Made by a program: the position numbers and the translations under genes
Shown: positions 24,260 through 36,689 of the stretch, piece by piece
Numbering within the stretch: the stretch's first letter is position 1
How the letters are laid out: every line of letters begins with the position of its first letter
Notes under the pieces: model-generated
Told to the model about the DNA's origin: nothing
The model's input: only the letters and a program-made list of their open reading frames with translations
Databases searched by the model: none
NCBI GenBank assembly: GCA_964187785.1
Contig: OZ076409.1
Span: forward strand, 13,952,001 to 14,016,000
Direction of reading: 5' to 3'
Source: Amphiscolops sp. MND2022
Taxonomy: Eukaryota
Length of the DNA: 64,000 bases

Positions 24260-25062
24260 AAGTCGGCGCTATACCTAAGGTTTAAAAAGCGCAAAGTTTT
24301 CAAAACATGCCCAGGACTTATTTATGAAAAGCTCAGAAAACAGTTTCGAGACACCCAAAGGGTGCCTTTCATGCTTGATAAGACTCTGAAACCACTTTTC
24401 CCCAACTGGGAAAAAAAGATTTTTTCTTTCGAAAATGTCACAGTGCCGAAAAAAGCAAAATGGGGACCCTTTGGGATTTAGTAACATACATTGTTGCAAA
24501 ATATCAAAAAACTCGAAGGACGGACCCTTTTGAGACATTAAAAAATTTTCGAAAGTCGCACAGTGCCGAAAAAAAATTGAAAGGGGGACCCTTTAGTCTC
24601 GTATGGTTTTGTAGGTTACATTTTAAAAAATAAAAAATGAAAGTTTGCATTGGACGGAATTGACCCTTTTGAGACATTAAAAAATTTTCGAAAGTCGCAC
24701 AGTGCCGAAAAAAAAATTGAAAGGGGACCCTTTAGTCTCGTATGGTTTTGTAGGTTACATTTTAAAAAGTAAAAAATGGAAGTTTGCATTGGACGGACTT
24801 GACCCTTTTGAGACATTAAAAAATTTTCGAAAGTCGCACAGTGCCGAAAAAAAATTGAAAGGGGACCCTTCAGTCTCGTATGGTTTTGTAGGTTACATTT
24901 TAAAAGTAAAAAATGAAAGTTTGCATTGGACGGACTTGACCTGAGTATTTTGAGTAGTTTCTATGAAAAGTGGACCGATCAGTGTGAGGTCTGTGGTCTG
25001 AAGAACAAAAAGGTGACTGTAAGAGTCGGGCATTTTTCCTTAAAAGGAAAAAGCCGACTAAA
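24260..25062 (+). repeat. Dispersed repeat (5117 family) with an internal 3 x ~139-bp tandem array
   Basis: AGTCGGCGC start and GCCGACTAAAA end. The unit GACCCTTTTGAGACATT... starts at 24523, 24662 and 24801. Confidence 0.7.
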
Positions 25063-28000
25063 AATTCAATGCACACCACTGGTTCAAAATATGGGATTTC
25101 GATTGGGTGATATTCGAGAAAAGGTAAAAACATTTTTTTAAATAAAAATCTTGAAGATGATTTTTTGGCTAATTTCAGGAACTTCCTGACTTGAGAAGAG
25201 CAGCTCCTCAATTCTCAACACGGAAAAATTTCGGAAAAAATGTCAAGCAAAATTCAAAAAGATTAACTATGTATTCCGGGATGAAATAAATATCAACCAG
25301 AGCCGCATGTGCGGTAAAGGAGTCGAATGAGGACTTTTTCCTTCTGACTCGCTCGAGCCCCAGTCATACGATTTTGATAAAACCGCACATATTAAGCCCT
25401 TATATTGTGTAGAAAGACTCCATAAAAGTTCTTCAAACCATAAAGAATATTTGAGAAAATCGAAAACGTCCGAAATAGGCCGTTTTTTGGACTAATTTTG
25501 TCTTTGTTTCTCAGATACCAGTCATACGATTTTGATGCCTTTGCATATTCGGACCCTAATATGGCGTAGGAGGACTGTAGAAAGTTTCGTTCGAATCGTA
25601 TGGACAGTTTTCGAGAAAATTGAAGTCTAAAAATGGCTGCTTTTTTTGGTCATGTTTGGGCTAATTTTGGCTATAGGTCTCAAACCTCAGTCATACGATT
25701 TTGATGTTATTGAGCACGCAAAAGCACTTTTGGGTGTAGAATGATTGCAAAACTTTATGGAAATCGCATGGACAGGTTTTGTGAATTTGAAACTTCCATT
25801 GAAAGGTCGGAAGAAAAAAACGATACGATTGCATAAGTAGTCGGAAACTTTTTCCAAACAGAAATCTTGAAAACATTTCACAATTTGTCAAATCGGGAGA
25901 ATGCAAAAAGAAATTCGACCGAAATCATCCAAATCTTGGACTATAAAGTTTGTAATCAGAACCCATTCTGAGAGAGTTAGACAAAACGCTAAGGACGAAG
26001 TGAGAAAAAAAAGACCGATACAATATTAGTCCAGGGTGAAACGAATGCCGAAAACCGTCCACTCAATCTGAATTGACTCTGAAAAGAGACGAGTACCAAT
26101 ATTGAAAGGTACTTCTACACTTAGTTTTCCTCTATTATTCTCTTCTATCAAGGAACGTGAGCACTCAAAGCCAGACGAAGGTGAAGCATTTGAAAGAAGC
26201 TGGGGCACGTGTTCTAGAAAATATGGTTTCTTGTGAATGTGCTGCAGCTGCAGAGCTTTCTTGTCAACAACGGTCACACAAAAAAACCTTTGAATAGATC
26301 ATCAAGGGAGGATAAATTTACAAATTACAACTTGAAAACCATATTATAGAAAACTGTTTATCAAAGAGGGTAAATTGAAGGTATTATAATAAAATTGCAC
26401 AATAACTGCTCGCTAAATTCAGTTAATTCGGAGAGCCTCTCCTTATCATCCATCGCGCTGAAGGATGATTCTACAAGACGATCGTAACCGCATCGAGGAC
26501 CTGCATCCTCTTATGCAAAGAATGAGCCTCTCGAAAGCACCAAGCTTGTCTTAGTTCTGATCCAGCCCATGTGAAAAAACTAGTTAAGCGCGCGAAAAGT
26601 ATCAAATTCTCGCGGCCAAAATGATGAAATGGAGCAAATATGAGGAAAACTGGTCTGATTGATTCAACCTACATATTATTATAGGCTTTGTTGAGCTCCA
26701 TTTGAATAGATTCCATGGGATTTCGCGAATATCTCGAAAATCAGCTGAGCTCAGGTTAAATCGAATCAACAAGGAGGTACTTGTTTTTCAATTGGGACCA
26801 ATGCCAAAGAAACCGATGAAAAATTTTGCCTTTTTTGGATCAGCATTTCTCATAGAAGGAAAATACAGAATCACATCCACTCAAACGACACTAAGTAAAA
26901 CTTACTTCCACGAAACATTGTTTCAAAAGCCAAACATGGTAAACATGTAACTTCAAAGAAGGTTTCTATCGAAGCAATCTTATTCTAGCCAAAATCGAAA
27001 CTATCGCCAATTTCGACGCCAAAACCAAATTTTTGTGGCATAGTTTTGAATTGCAGCGTCTATAACGTCAGAATAGTGAAAGGTCAACAAAATAGCATTT
27101 CTTCCACAAATATTGCCATCGGGTATTCCATACAGTATCTGACGGATATTTAACTTGCAGAAACAACACAAAAGTCTGAAATGATTGAAATTGTTAATTA
27201 GGTTTCCGAAGAAAGTGCAACTAATCTAATGAAAGAGTTAATCAACTGGAATAACTAACTAAAGGTATGTTGCGCAAAAAATAGGGTCAAGTGAAAGTAT
27301 TATTTGACTTATTAAAGCCATGTTTCACTTAAAGTCCAGCGGCAGGTTGCGTGTCAAAAAACCAGTATTTATATATAGGCTGATTATAGCAAAGAAATGC
27401 CAAAATTTGAAATCTATTGTTTGGAACCAAGTTACTGTACTCCGCTGTATGAATAGTCTGTGACCACCCATCATAATAAATTACACTGAGACAAGAGTTG
27501 GAACAACGTGTGTTATTTTCGAAAATGAACTTAGTTCTATTGATCCAAAAGAACTTGCTTTTGTTCCACTATCAGATATCATGGATCTTCGTAATCAATC
27601 AAGTGCCATGCGTATCATCATGTTGGGGGCAGACGACACACCCGTGGTCTGCAGCGGAAGTAGGTAACCCCATACCAGTCACCGGCATTATTGGCTGCTG
27701 ATGTTCAAACCAGCACATCTAACGCCTTTGCAGTAAATTTTCTCAAGAGAAGACGCATTGAATATGGGATCAAGAACTCGTAACAAAATGCACCAATTAA
27801 TTGCAATTAATTGCAATAATTGATTGTTACAAACTAGCAATTACAATTAATTGATTGGTAAACCCTATATCTGATTGTTATGAAAAAACTTATTTTTGAC
27901 AGCCCCTGATTTGGGGTACTATGTGTTTGTGAACAACTCACTGCGTTATAATCAGGGATTGGAATTATGGTATGGCCATATAAATGGTACCTGAAAAAGA

Positions 28001-28617
28001 CCCCCATAAACATCTCCATATTTTTGAAGGAAGCCATAAATATTTGGCCATAATGGCCATATATATGTTGTCAAAAAAAAGAGACAAATGATGAATTGAA
28101 TCAAACATTTCCGAAAACTTCAACCACTGTTCACGACAAGCGAGAGTTTCGACGTCCCAGTAGTTTTTATTCACAGCCAGGTACAGATTCTCCTCATAAT
28201 TAATTCAGTGGAAGGATCCTGTTTCGCAGGGGTGTTCGGATGTTTTTAGCCTTACTGAACAGACTAGCAGCTTCATCATCGTTTTTAAAGAAGGGGCCGG
28301 TTCTGGAGAGAAGAGTACGGACTCAGCGAACGACTTGTGGCCCGTTTCAACGTCAGCATTGGCATGACTGGCTTCCTGTTGGGTTCTGAAGCGCCCCAGG
28401 TGAACTTTCTCTGCCAGTTTCAGATCTTCATAAGGAACAGTGAAAGATTCAACAATAGCAGCTTCAAACTGAGGATTATCAACGATTCCGGCTAGTTCAC
28501 TCAGATACTCGCATATGGAATGAAACCTCAAAATCAAAGCATCAAATAGTCGACGCACTTCCGCAAGGGTTATGGAGTCTTCCGGTTTGACAGCCAAAGA
28601 TAGTCTATGACTCGCAT

Positions 28618-29992
28618 GGGTGGGCGGAAGTAGGTCGAAGGAACGGGATCGAATATCAGAGTTAGTCCTCAGGTCGACATAACAAATTTTTGAAAGGGAT
28701 CGAAACAACTCGGATCGAAATTTTTATAACGTAGTCAGATATGTTCACAAGGTGCGTGGAATCAGGTCTAATGAAATAGATCTAAGAGAGGGGGCAAAAC
28801 TGGCGGTGGGCGTTTGGATCGAATGAATTTGCGCGAATATGCAATCTGTCACTGAGATCGAAGTAAAATGGTCAAAGAAAATGAGATCGAATCCATGTTT
28901 TCAAATACCTAGCGTTTTCAAATAACAATGTTTTTGGCCGTCGGATATGCCCCCCATTTCCTCTAATGCCCCGCGGCTCCTTGGGGCCGCTTATGTTCCC
29001 ATCTTGCTAAGCGAGGTCGAACAGGAGCAAAGACCTAGCGGGAACGGAGATCGCAAAGCGATCGTAGTGGGAGCTGGTCCTTGCGACGGTGAGGGCGAGC
29101 GTGCATACACCGTATATGATCCCATATTAGGTGGGGAAAACTACCTAAATAATTTTAAACGCTTTTAAACACTTTACAGGAGCAAAAACCTAGCAAAACC
29201 GGAAAAATTCGATCTCAAAACTTTCGATCCATTTTCGATCTCGCTTTTCGCTCACACAAAAATTCGATCCAAAAATATCCAACCGGCAAAAGTGAGATCT
29301 AATTAAATTGATCTAAAAAATCAGGTATAAAAATCTCTTCTAATTTGATCTAATAAGAGAAAAACAATAAGTGAATGAGGATCTAAAACTAAAAAGTGAT
29401 ATAAAGTATAAAACGTGCCTCAGATGTCCCCATTTCCTCTAGTGCCCCGCGGCCCCTCGGGGCCGCCTATATTACCATCTTTCTCAGCGAGGTCGAACAG
29501 AAGCAAAGACCTAGCGGGAACGGAGATCGCGAAGCGATCGTAGTGGGAGCTTGTCTTTGCGACGGTGAGGGCGAGCGTGCAAACATCGCACATGCCCCAC
29601 ATTATATTTTCCCTTTCAGAACACATATTAGATCATAAAGGGGTTAGACTAAGTATTTTAGATAAAATTAGATCTGAAAGTTAGACCTAAAGATAGACCT
29701 AAATTAGATCTGAAAGTTGGATCTAATTCCATTAGACCTAATGAATTAGATCAAAGGCGTACACTCCTGTTCACATACCCCTAGTGCCCTGAATGCAGGG
29801 GCGAAGCGAAGCGGAGCGACATGCCATATGGCCATGCCTCAATGTTGCTACTTGGCGAAGGGAGCGAAGCGACCGAGCCATACAACAAACACGATAAAAT
29901 TCGACCGCATTCCATTCGATCCCTGCAATTCGATCAAAAGTTTCGACCTCTGTCCTTTCGACCAGAAAAATTCGACCTATTTACAGCCACCC
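28618..29992. mobile_element. MULE-like non-autonomous element A, nested in the hAT
   Basis: TIR GGGTGGGCGGAAGTAGGTCGAA...TTCGACCTATTTACAGCCACCC; 9-bp TSD GACTCGCAT/GACTCGCAC. Confidence 0.8.
28751..29767. mobile_element. Non-autonomous element B, nested in element A
   Basis: Absent from the short A copy at 32163-32512; flanked by duplicated TGTTCACA; rich in AGATCT repeats. Confidence 0.7.
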
Positions 29993-32013
29993 GACTCGCA
30001 CAACCTATCGTAGGTATTACTAATTTTTTTAGCCACAGCTCGCATTGTAGGCTAATTGTCACTGACGATGAATTTCACACTAGTTCGCGTTTTTTTGTAG
30101 TACTCCAGAGTTGTTTCGATGAATCCGGCAATACTATCAGCGCCAAGATCAGTTTCATCTGGCAAAACAGAAAAGGCTGGGAGAGGTTTTTCATTCACAC
30201 CATCCACATCGAAGCAAGCAAAAACACCCACGAAATGTTCAGTTTGTTGCGACCATCCATCTACAATCAAACCAAAGTTGCTGGGTAGGGCACTGGTTAT
30301 CTTCTTTTCGACTTCCAAGGAAACCAGGTCTATATATTTCTGCAGAGTCTCCTGGCATATCGGCTCCAATTTAGTGTTCTTTCGTACCAATGGTTTGTCG
30401 AAAAAACTGTACTCGCGATTCTCCAAAATCACCCATTCCAACCAACGGAAAATATTTTCCGACTTCTTCTTCACTTTAGGGTACGGCAATACTGCTTGCT
30501 CTTTGGTTTTTGACTTCCTATACTCATCTTCCCAGGAGTCTTTGTGAACATTTTTCAAGTGACTCATCAACTCTGTATATCCTTTCTTGCCTGGTTGTTT
30601 CACCCTCTTATTGCAGGTGCATTTGAACATATCATCACCGAGAGGGGTAAAGGAGAAGTCTACAACAGGTTTGTTTTGCAGATCCATGACCCTATCGGAA
30701 AGAAACATACGAAATGAATTTGCCGAGAAAAGAAAAATATGGTGCCATTATGGCAGAGCTACCATACATAGCGGCCATTTTTCTCAGTGCAGCCATAAAT
30801 AATTTCCATATTTTTATGGCCATTTATGGTTATGGCCATTATGGAGTTCCAATCCCTGGTTATAATAGATTTGACGAAATCTGACACGCGTTTTCAACCT
30901 ATTTTTCCCACTATCAGACAACATGGATCTTCGTCATGAATTACGAGTGCGAATAACGTCTAAAGAATAACGTCCAAAAGTGGTTCGGGAAAACCGTCTA
31001 AAATTCAATGTATTTAGATTGGGAATGAGAATGACTTTGCTTTAGACCTTATTCCTGTTCCCCGTCATCAATCAAGTGCCATGTGTGTCATTATGTTTGG
31101 GGGAACACGCACACCCGTGGTCTGCAACGAAACTTTCAACCTATTGAATTTAATTCTATTTCAAATATCAGCCGATCAGGTTGCAGCATAAACAATTATT
31201 CTGCTGTTTGGGAAATCCCCCAGAAATGTGGTTCTTCAAAAACGTTCCTCGTTCATCTGTTCCTGCACAAGTTGCGAGGCCACGTCGAGTAAAGATATAT
31301 CTGGGAGTGCTCAATCAAGCATGACAAAACCATTATATCGCACCTATCTTCACACCTGTGTGTTACGAACCTATGCTAACTTTAGCTCCCTGTAAAGTTC
31401 ATAATTTTAGATTTGACTGATTTAGATTCTAATGATCGAAAAACTTCTAACACATTTTTATTTCTATTTCTCGAAACTGTTTAAAAAAATCTATTACCTA
31501 ATTATATAGGATCTGCCATATGTACCGGTGGAAAACATTTCGTATCTGCTGAAAAATCTGGGACAGGACGTAGAATGAAAAGCCAAGCGGGTCCAGTCAA
31601 GGTGTTGCTGGATTAATCATGTGAAATTTGAAAAAAGATAGCTAGTGATTACTTATTCCTAATATAAACTGATGAATGGCTACGTGGAATCAGGTCTAAT
31701 GAAATAGATCTAAGAGAGGGGGCAAAACTGAGATCTAAATAAATTGATCTAAATAATCAGGTCTAAAAATCTCTTCTAATTTGAGTGCTGAAATAACAGA
31801 AAGTGGCGAGAAAGTTTTGCCCCCTCTCTTGATTCCACGTAGCCTCTCGGATATGTCCCCATTTCCTCTAGTGCCCCGCGGCCTCTTGGGGCAGCTTATA
31901 TTCCCATCTTGCTAAGCGAGGTCGAACAGGAGCAAAGACCTAGCGGGAACGGAGATCGCGAAGCAATCGCAGCCTAATTGTTGTGATAAATTTATTAAAT
32001 AGTTTCAGACGCG

Positions 32014-33107
32014 ATGCCGACTACTAGAACTGGCTCTCAATCAGACGAAGAGGGGTCCACCCACCTAATCGAATGTACTGGCAAGGGTCCCGACAAGGGA
32101 AAGGGATGCCAATCCTGGGTCCCCACATGGCTCCCGAAAAAGATCCACAAGGGTTTCATGGAGGGTGGGCGGAAGTAGGTCGAAGGAACGGGATCGAAAA
32201 TCAGAGTTAGTCCTCAGGTCGACATACCAAATTTTTTGAATGGGATCGAAACAACTCAGATCGAAATTTTTATAACGTAGTCAGATATGTTCACATACCC
32301 CTAGTGCCCTGAATGCAGGAGCGAAGCGAAGCGGAGCGACGTGCCATATGGACATGCCTCAATGTTGCTACTTGGCGAAGGGAGCGAAGCGACCGAGCCA
32401 TACAACAAATACGATAAAATTCGATCGCATTCCTTTCGATCCCTGCAATTCGATCAAAAGGTTCGACCTCTGTCCTTTCGACCAGAAAAATTTGACCTAT
32501 TTACAGCCACCCACTATGTGGCTTCTGTGCAGCAGCTGAGGTGGCCGACTTGCAGTCCAAACTTGCCAAAATTACAGAAAAGCCTCAAATCAGCGGAGAG
32601 CTGTCCAGTCTTTTCAATGCCGATTCAAACCAGCAATATGGAAGGCGGGACAATGTCCGCATATTTGGGGTGGAGGAGGCACCAAATGAGGACGTGTATC
32701 AGGCTGTGATCTATGTGGCAGAAAAGGCGGGATGTCAGGTATCCAGAGCGGACATCAGCATCTGCCATAGGGTTCCCAGCAGAAATGTGAAGCCTGGCCA
32801 AGGGCGCCCTATCATTGCAAAATTTGTAAGGAGACAGACCAAAATCGGGCTGATGACCAACAAAAAGAAGCTCAAGGATAGTGAAAATAAAATTTATATC
32901 AACGATGATCTCACGCTACTACGAGCAAGGTTGGCTAAGGCATTGAGGCAAAGACAAGATGTAACTTCTGTGAACATGATTAACGAAAAAATTGTGGTGT
33001 ATCAACAAAATGATACAAAAACTGTCTTTGATAGCCTCTTCAAATTATATGAATGGGATCCTGATTTTGTCTACTCTGTATGCAAAAGTAGTCTACATTT
33101 TTGTTAG
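32014..33107 (+). pseudogene. LINE ORF1 (Cys-containing N-terminus plus L1-type RRM/CTD), interrupted by a MITE
   Basis: QQYGRRDNVRIFGV, ISICHRV, RPIIAKF and IYINDDLT motifs; ATG 32014 joins in frame across 32163-32512. Confidence 0.8.
32163..32512. mobile_element. Short (350-bp) copy of MULE-like element A
   Basis: Same TIRs as 28618-29992; no TSD visible. Confidence 0.8.
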
Positions 33108-36100
33108 GGGGCCCTCTAGCTTACAAATTGAAACGTAAAAAATCAAAGCCTAAACATAAAAACAACTTAAAAGAACAAAGTGTTGAGAACGAATGGATTT
33201 TTCATTTGAACATAAGGTCTATCGACTACAATTTTGAAGAACTAGAAACGCATATAGATACCTTTCGTGAAAACAAACCGTGTATTATTTGCTTGTCCGA
33301 AACATGGATGACTGAATCCTCTGACAAAAATGCCTACGCACTAGAATCCTATGCACCTATGGAATTTGATCCTGGTTCAACAAGAAATGAAGGTGTTGCA
33401 ATATATGTCCATGAATCGCTGGCATTTGAACTTTTGGAGCTTAACATACAGAAAGATTCTATTCCTGATCTAAACTATAATGGAGTCAATTGTACCGCTA
33501 GGAATAAGGAAAAATTTACCGTTGTATGCTTATACAATTCGCCTTCCGTAAATAAACATGATTTCTTGGATCAGTTTGAGTTACTTCTTGAGTCTCTTAG
33601 TCAAATTAAGAACTACTATCTAATAGGCGATATTAATATTGACCTCTTGGAATGCAACCCTGTTGCTCTGACAAAAATGCCTACGCACTAGAATCCTATG
33701 CACCTATGGAATTTGATCCTGGTTCAACAAGAAATGAAGGTGTTGCAATATATGTCCATGAATCGCTGGCATTTGAACTTTTGGAGCTTAACATACAGAA
33801 AGATTCTATTCCTGATCTAAACTATAATGGAGTCAATTGTACCGCTAGGAATAAGGAAAAATTTACCGTTGTATGCTTATACAATTCGCCTTCCGTAAAT
33901 AAACATGATTTCTTGGATCAGTTTGAGTTACTTCTTGAGTCTCCTAGTCAAATTAAGAACTACTATCTAATAGGCGATATTAATATTGACCTCTTGGAAT
34001 GCAACCCTGTTGCAGATAGGTATCTGAAATTGTTGGAAATTCATGGTTGCGCCCAAGGAATCGAAGAACCAACCCGTGTAACGCTTGACTCAGAATCGTT
34101 AATCGATCATATAATCCATAATGACTACCAAAGTCCTCTGGAATTTGGAGTTATCAAGACGTATATTACAGACCATTTTGCAACCTATGTTGATTTGAAT
34201 ATAAGTAAATCTAAATCCATTCGTTCTCAACATTTTTTTAAGGATAGACCGTTTCTCCGGGACGGTAATGCAACAAATCACTATCTAAATTACTTAAAAC
34301 ATTGCCTGGAACTTGTAGACTTAGGACAGGACATCAATGCATCTACTGAATCGTTTGCCAATGCAATATCGGAAGCAGTTAATGCTTTCACAGTTGAAAA
34401 ACAATCAGAACACCAAGATGCCGTAAGACCTTGGTTCACAAAGGAAGTAAAAAAGGCCTTAATTCGAAGAAATTGTAGTTTCCACAGATACAAGCGCTGT
34501 AAAACCTATCAGAACAAGCTACGCTACACAAGAGCTAGAAATAATGTGCACCAGCAGCTTCGTAAAAGCAAGCGCGAATACTACGATTCACGTCTGAATG
34601 GGCTTATTAATAATCCTAAATGTTTCTACAAAGAACTAAACAAAATCACTGGTAAAGCAACAAAAAATTCCAACTTTGTTATCAAGAATGATAAAAATGA
34701 ATTGATTACGGATGATATTGATGTGGCCGAATCGTTCAATGAAAAATTTGTTTCCATCAGTAAAACCTTAGCTGCTTCAATTGATAATGTCCCATCCACG
34801 ACTTATGGTATAAAAACTAATGAAAAATCACTATTTTTTTATCCAGCTGATGGCACTGAGATTTCGAGGATTATAAAAAATCTTAAGAACCATAAATCAC
34901 CTGGTCTAGATGGACTGACTGCAGAAATACTAAAAGTGAGTCACGATGTAATAGTTGAAAAATTAACTCATCTCGTGAATGAATCGCTAAAAAGTGGAAC
35001 ATTTCCTCAGGTTTAGAAAACTGCGAGAGTGGTACCGATATACAAATCCGGCAAAAAATCTATACGTGAAAATTACAGACCCATATCTGTTTTATCAGTA
35101 TTGAGCAAAATATTTGAACGTGTTGTGAATGAACGATTATATAATTTCATGGATAAAAATAAGCTATTATACCCAAGACAATTTGGATTCAGGTCAAAAC
35201 TGAGCCCCATCCACGCTCTTTCCGATATTACAGAAATGATTAGGGATAATTCTAACCTCAATATTTCTTGTATTTTGCTTGATTTACAAAAAGCCTTCGA
35301 TACAATAAACCATGAATTTCTCTTGTATAAACTCGAAGCATACGGTGTCAGAGGGGTTTGCTTGGATTGGTTCACATCATATCTAAGTAAACGAAGTCAA
35401 TGTGTTTCAATTAACGGTAAAGTCTCAAAACCATTACTTATTGACTGCGGCGTTCCTCAAGGATCTATTCTTGGCCCACTGCTCTTTATAATTTATGTAA
35501 ATGATTTCCCGAACTCGTGTAAAAACATTATTCCGTTTCTCTTTGCGGATGATGCTAATTGCGTTTACGCGAGACCCAAAAATGAAACATCTACATTACA
35601 AGATGAAGTTGAACACATTCCTGGATGGATGGCTATGAATAAACTCAGTCAAAATATTCCTAAAACTGAATTGGTCCATTTTTTAAACTGCAAAGATGAA
35701 AGCATAGTATTGAAAAATACTGAAATAACATGTACTGAATACGTTAAATATCTGGGTATCTTACTTGATAAAAATTTAACTTATGGTTTCCACGTCAAAC
35801 GAGTACTGAATAAATTAGCTAAACATGTATCCATTATTAACCGTCTAAGGCATTTCACCAGTAGTTCGGTAGAGATACGATATTATAAAACATACATGAA
35901 ACCAATTATCCAATACGGACTCTTGATATATGGGTGCACGAGGAAGAGTGTACTGAATGATATATTTCTTGTTCAGAAAAAAATCCTCCGTATTACATAT
36001 TTTAAAAACAGACGATATCCATCGGATAAATTGTTCAAAAGAAGCGAAATTATGAATGTTTTTGATCTATACGTATTTGAACTATTAAAATTCGCCGTGC

Positions 36101-36393
36101 GTTCTAGTAGAGAAAGTCAACTGCATAATATCAAGAGCGTATTTATCCACAAAAATTCACTTGTTTTTACTCGGAGTGTTTCTTCCAATATGTTTTATGT
36201 ACCTGAAGCACGAACGCAAGTTAGCCGACAATCACTAAAATATCGTGGAACTGTCTTACTGAATCATCTACTAAAAACGATGCTATTACCTCGCAATTAT
36301 GAATCTATCGGTGAAAATGAGACTAAAAGATTGATATTAAAAATTAAAAACAAAATAAGTAGCGAACGTCTGGCAGACATAGTTTTTTGTTGA
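33101..36393 (+). pseudogene. LINE ORF2: APE endonuclease and reverse transcriptase
   Basis: HLNIRS, LSETW, GDINID, SLIDH and TDH endonuclease motifs; YRPIS, QFGFR, DLQKAFD, GVPQGSILGP, FADD and KYLG RT motifs. Disrupted by a 347-bp duplication and a TAG at 35014-35016. Confidence 0.92.
33320..34013. repeat. Tandem duplication, 2 x 347 bp, inside ORF2
   Basis: 33320-33666 is nearly identical to 33667-34013 (one substitution seen); causes a frameshift. Confidence 0.9.
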
Positions 36394-36689
36394 TGCCCTT
36401 GTGTTTGGAGGGTCCTCCCCCGTTTAGGAATAATACCCTTTGGAGGGTCCCCTCTGGTGCTATAATTTTAATTGAACTGACTGCATTGTACTTAACTTCT
36501 GTACTGGTACTATTGTTCAATTTTTTATACATAGCATCAGAGAAAATTTAATTCTTTCTTTCTTTCTTCTTTCTTTGGTCTTTGCGACGGTGAGGGCGAG
36601 CGTGCATACATCGCATTTGCCCCACATTATATTTTTGCTTTCAGAACACATTTTAGATCATAAAGGGGTTAGTCCTAAGTCTTTTAGAT

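Larger units (their letters stand above)
28205..30708 (-). pseudogene. hAT transposase, split by an insertion and internally deleted
   Basis: BED-like finger (CTC...HLKNVH), FGLIVDGWS and FIVSDN catalytic motifs. GCASHRLSLAV (CxxH) is restored when 28618-29992 and one TSD copy are removed. Confidence 0.85.
27953..30858 (-). mobile_element. hAT DNA transposon, interrupted
   Basis: TIR CAGGGATTGGAA...TTCCAATCCCTG with a perfect 8-bp TSD GTTATAAT (27945-27952, 30859-30866). Confidence 0.92.
31970..36576 (+). mobile_element. CR1/L2-type non-LTR retrotransposon, near full length
   Basis: ORF1 plus ORF2 (APE-RT) and a (TTCT)n tail at ~36551-36576; inserted in the middle of element B's core module. 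Confidence 0.88.

Noticed and set aside
24523..24941. CRISPR-like array
   Set aside because: Whole units repeat with no unique spacers; eukaryotic context and no cas genes.
26026..26560. Possible host exons
   Set aside because: No recognisable motif or consistent splice structure.
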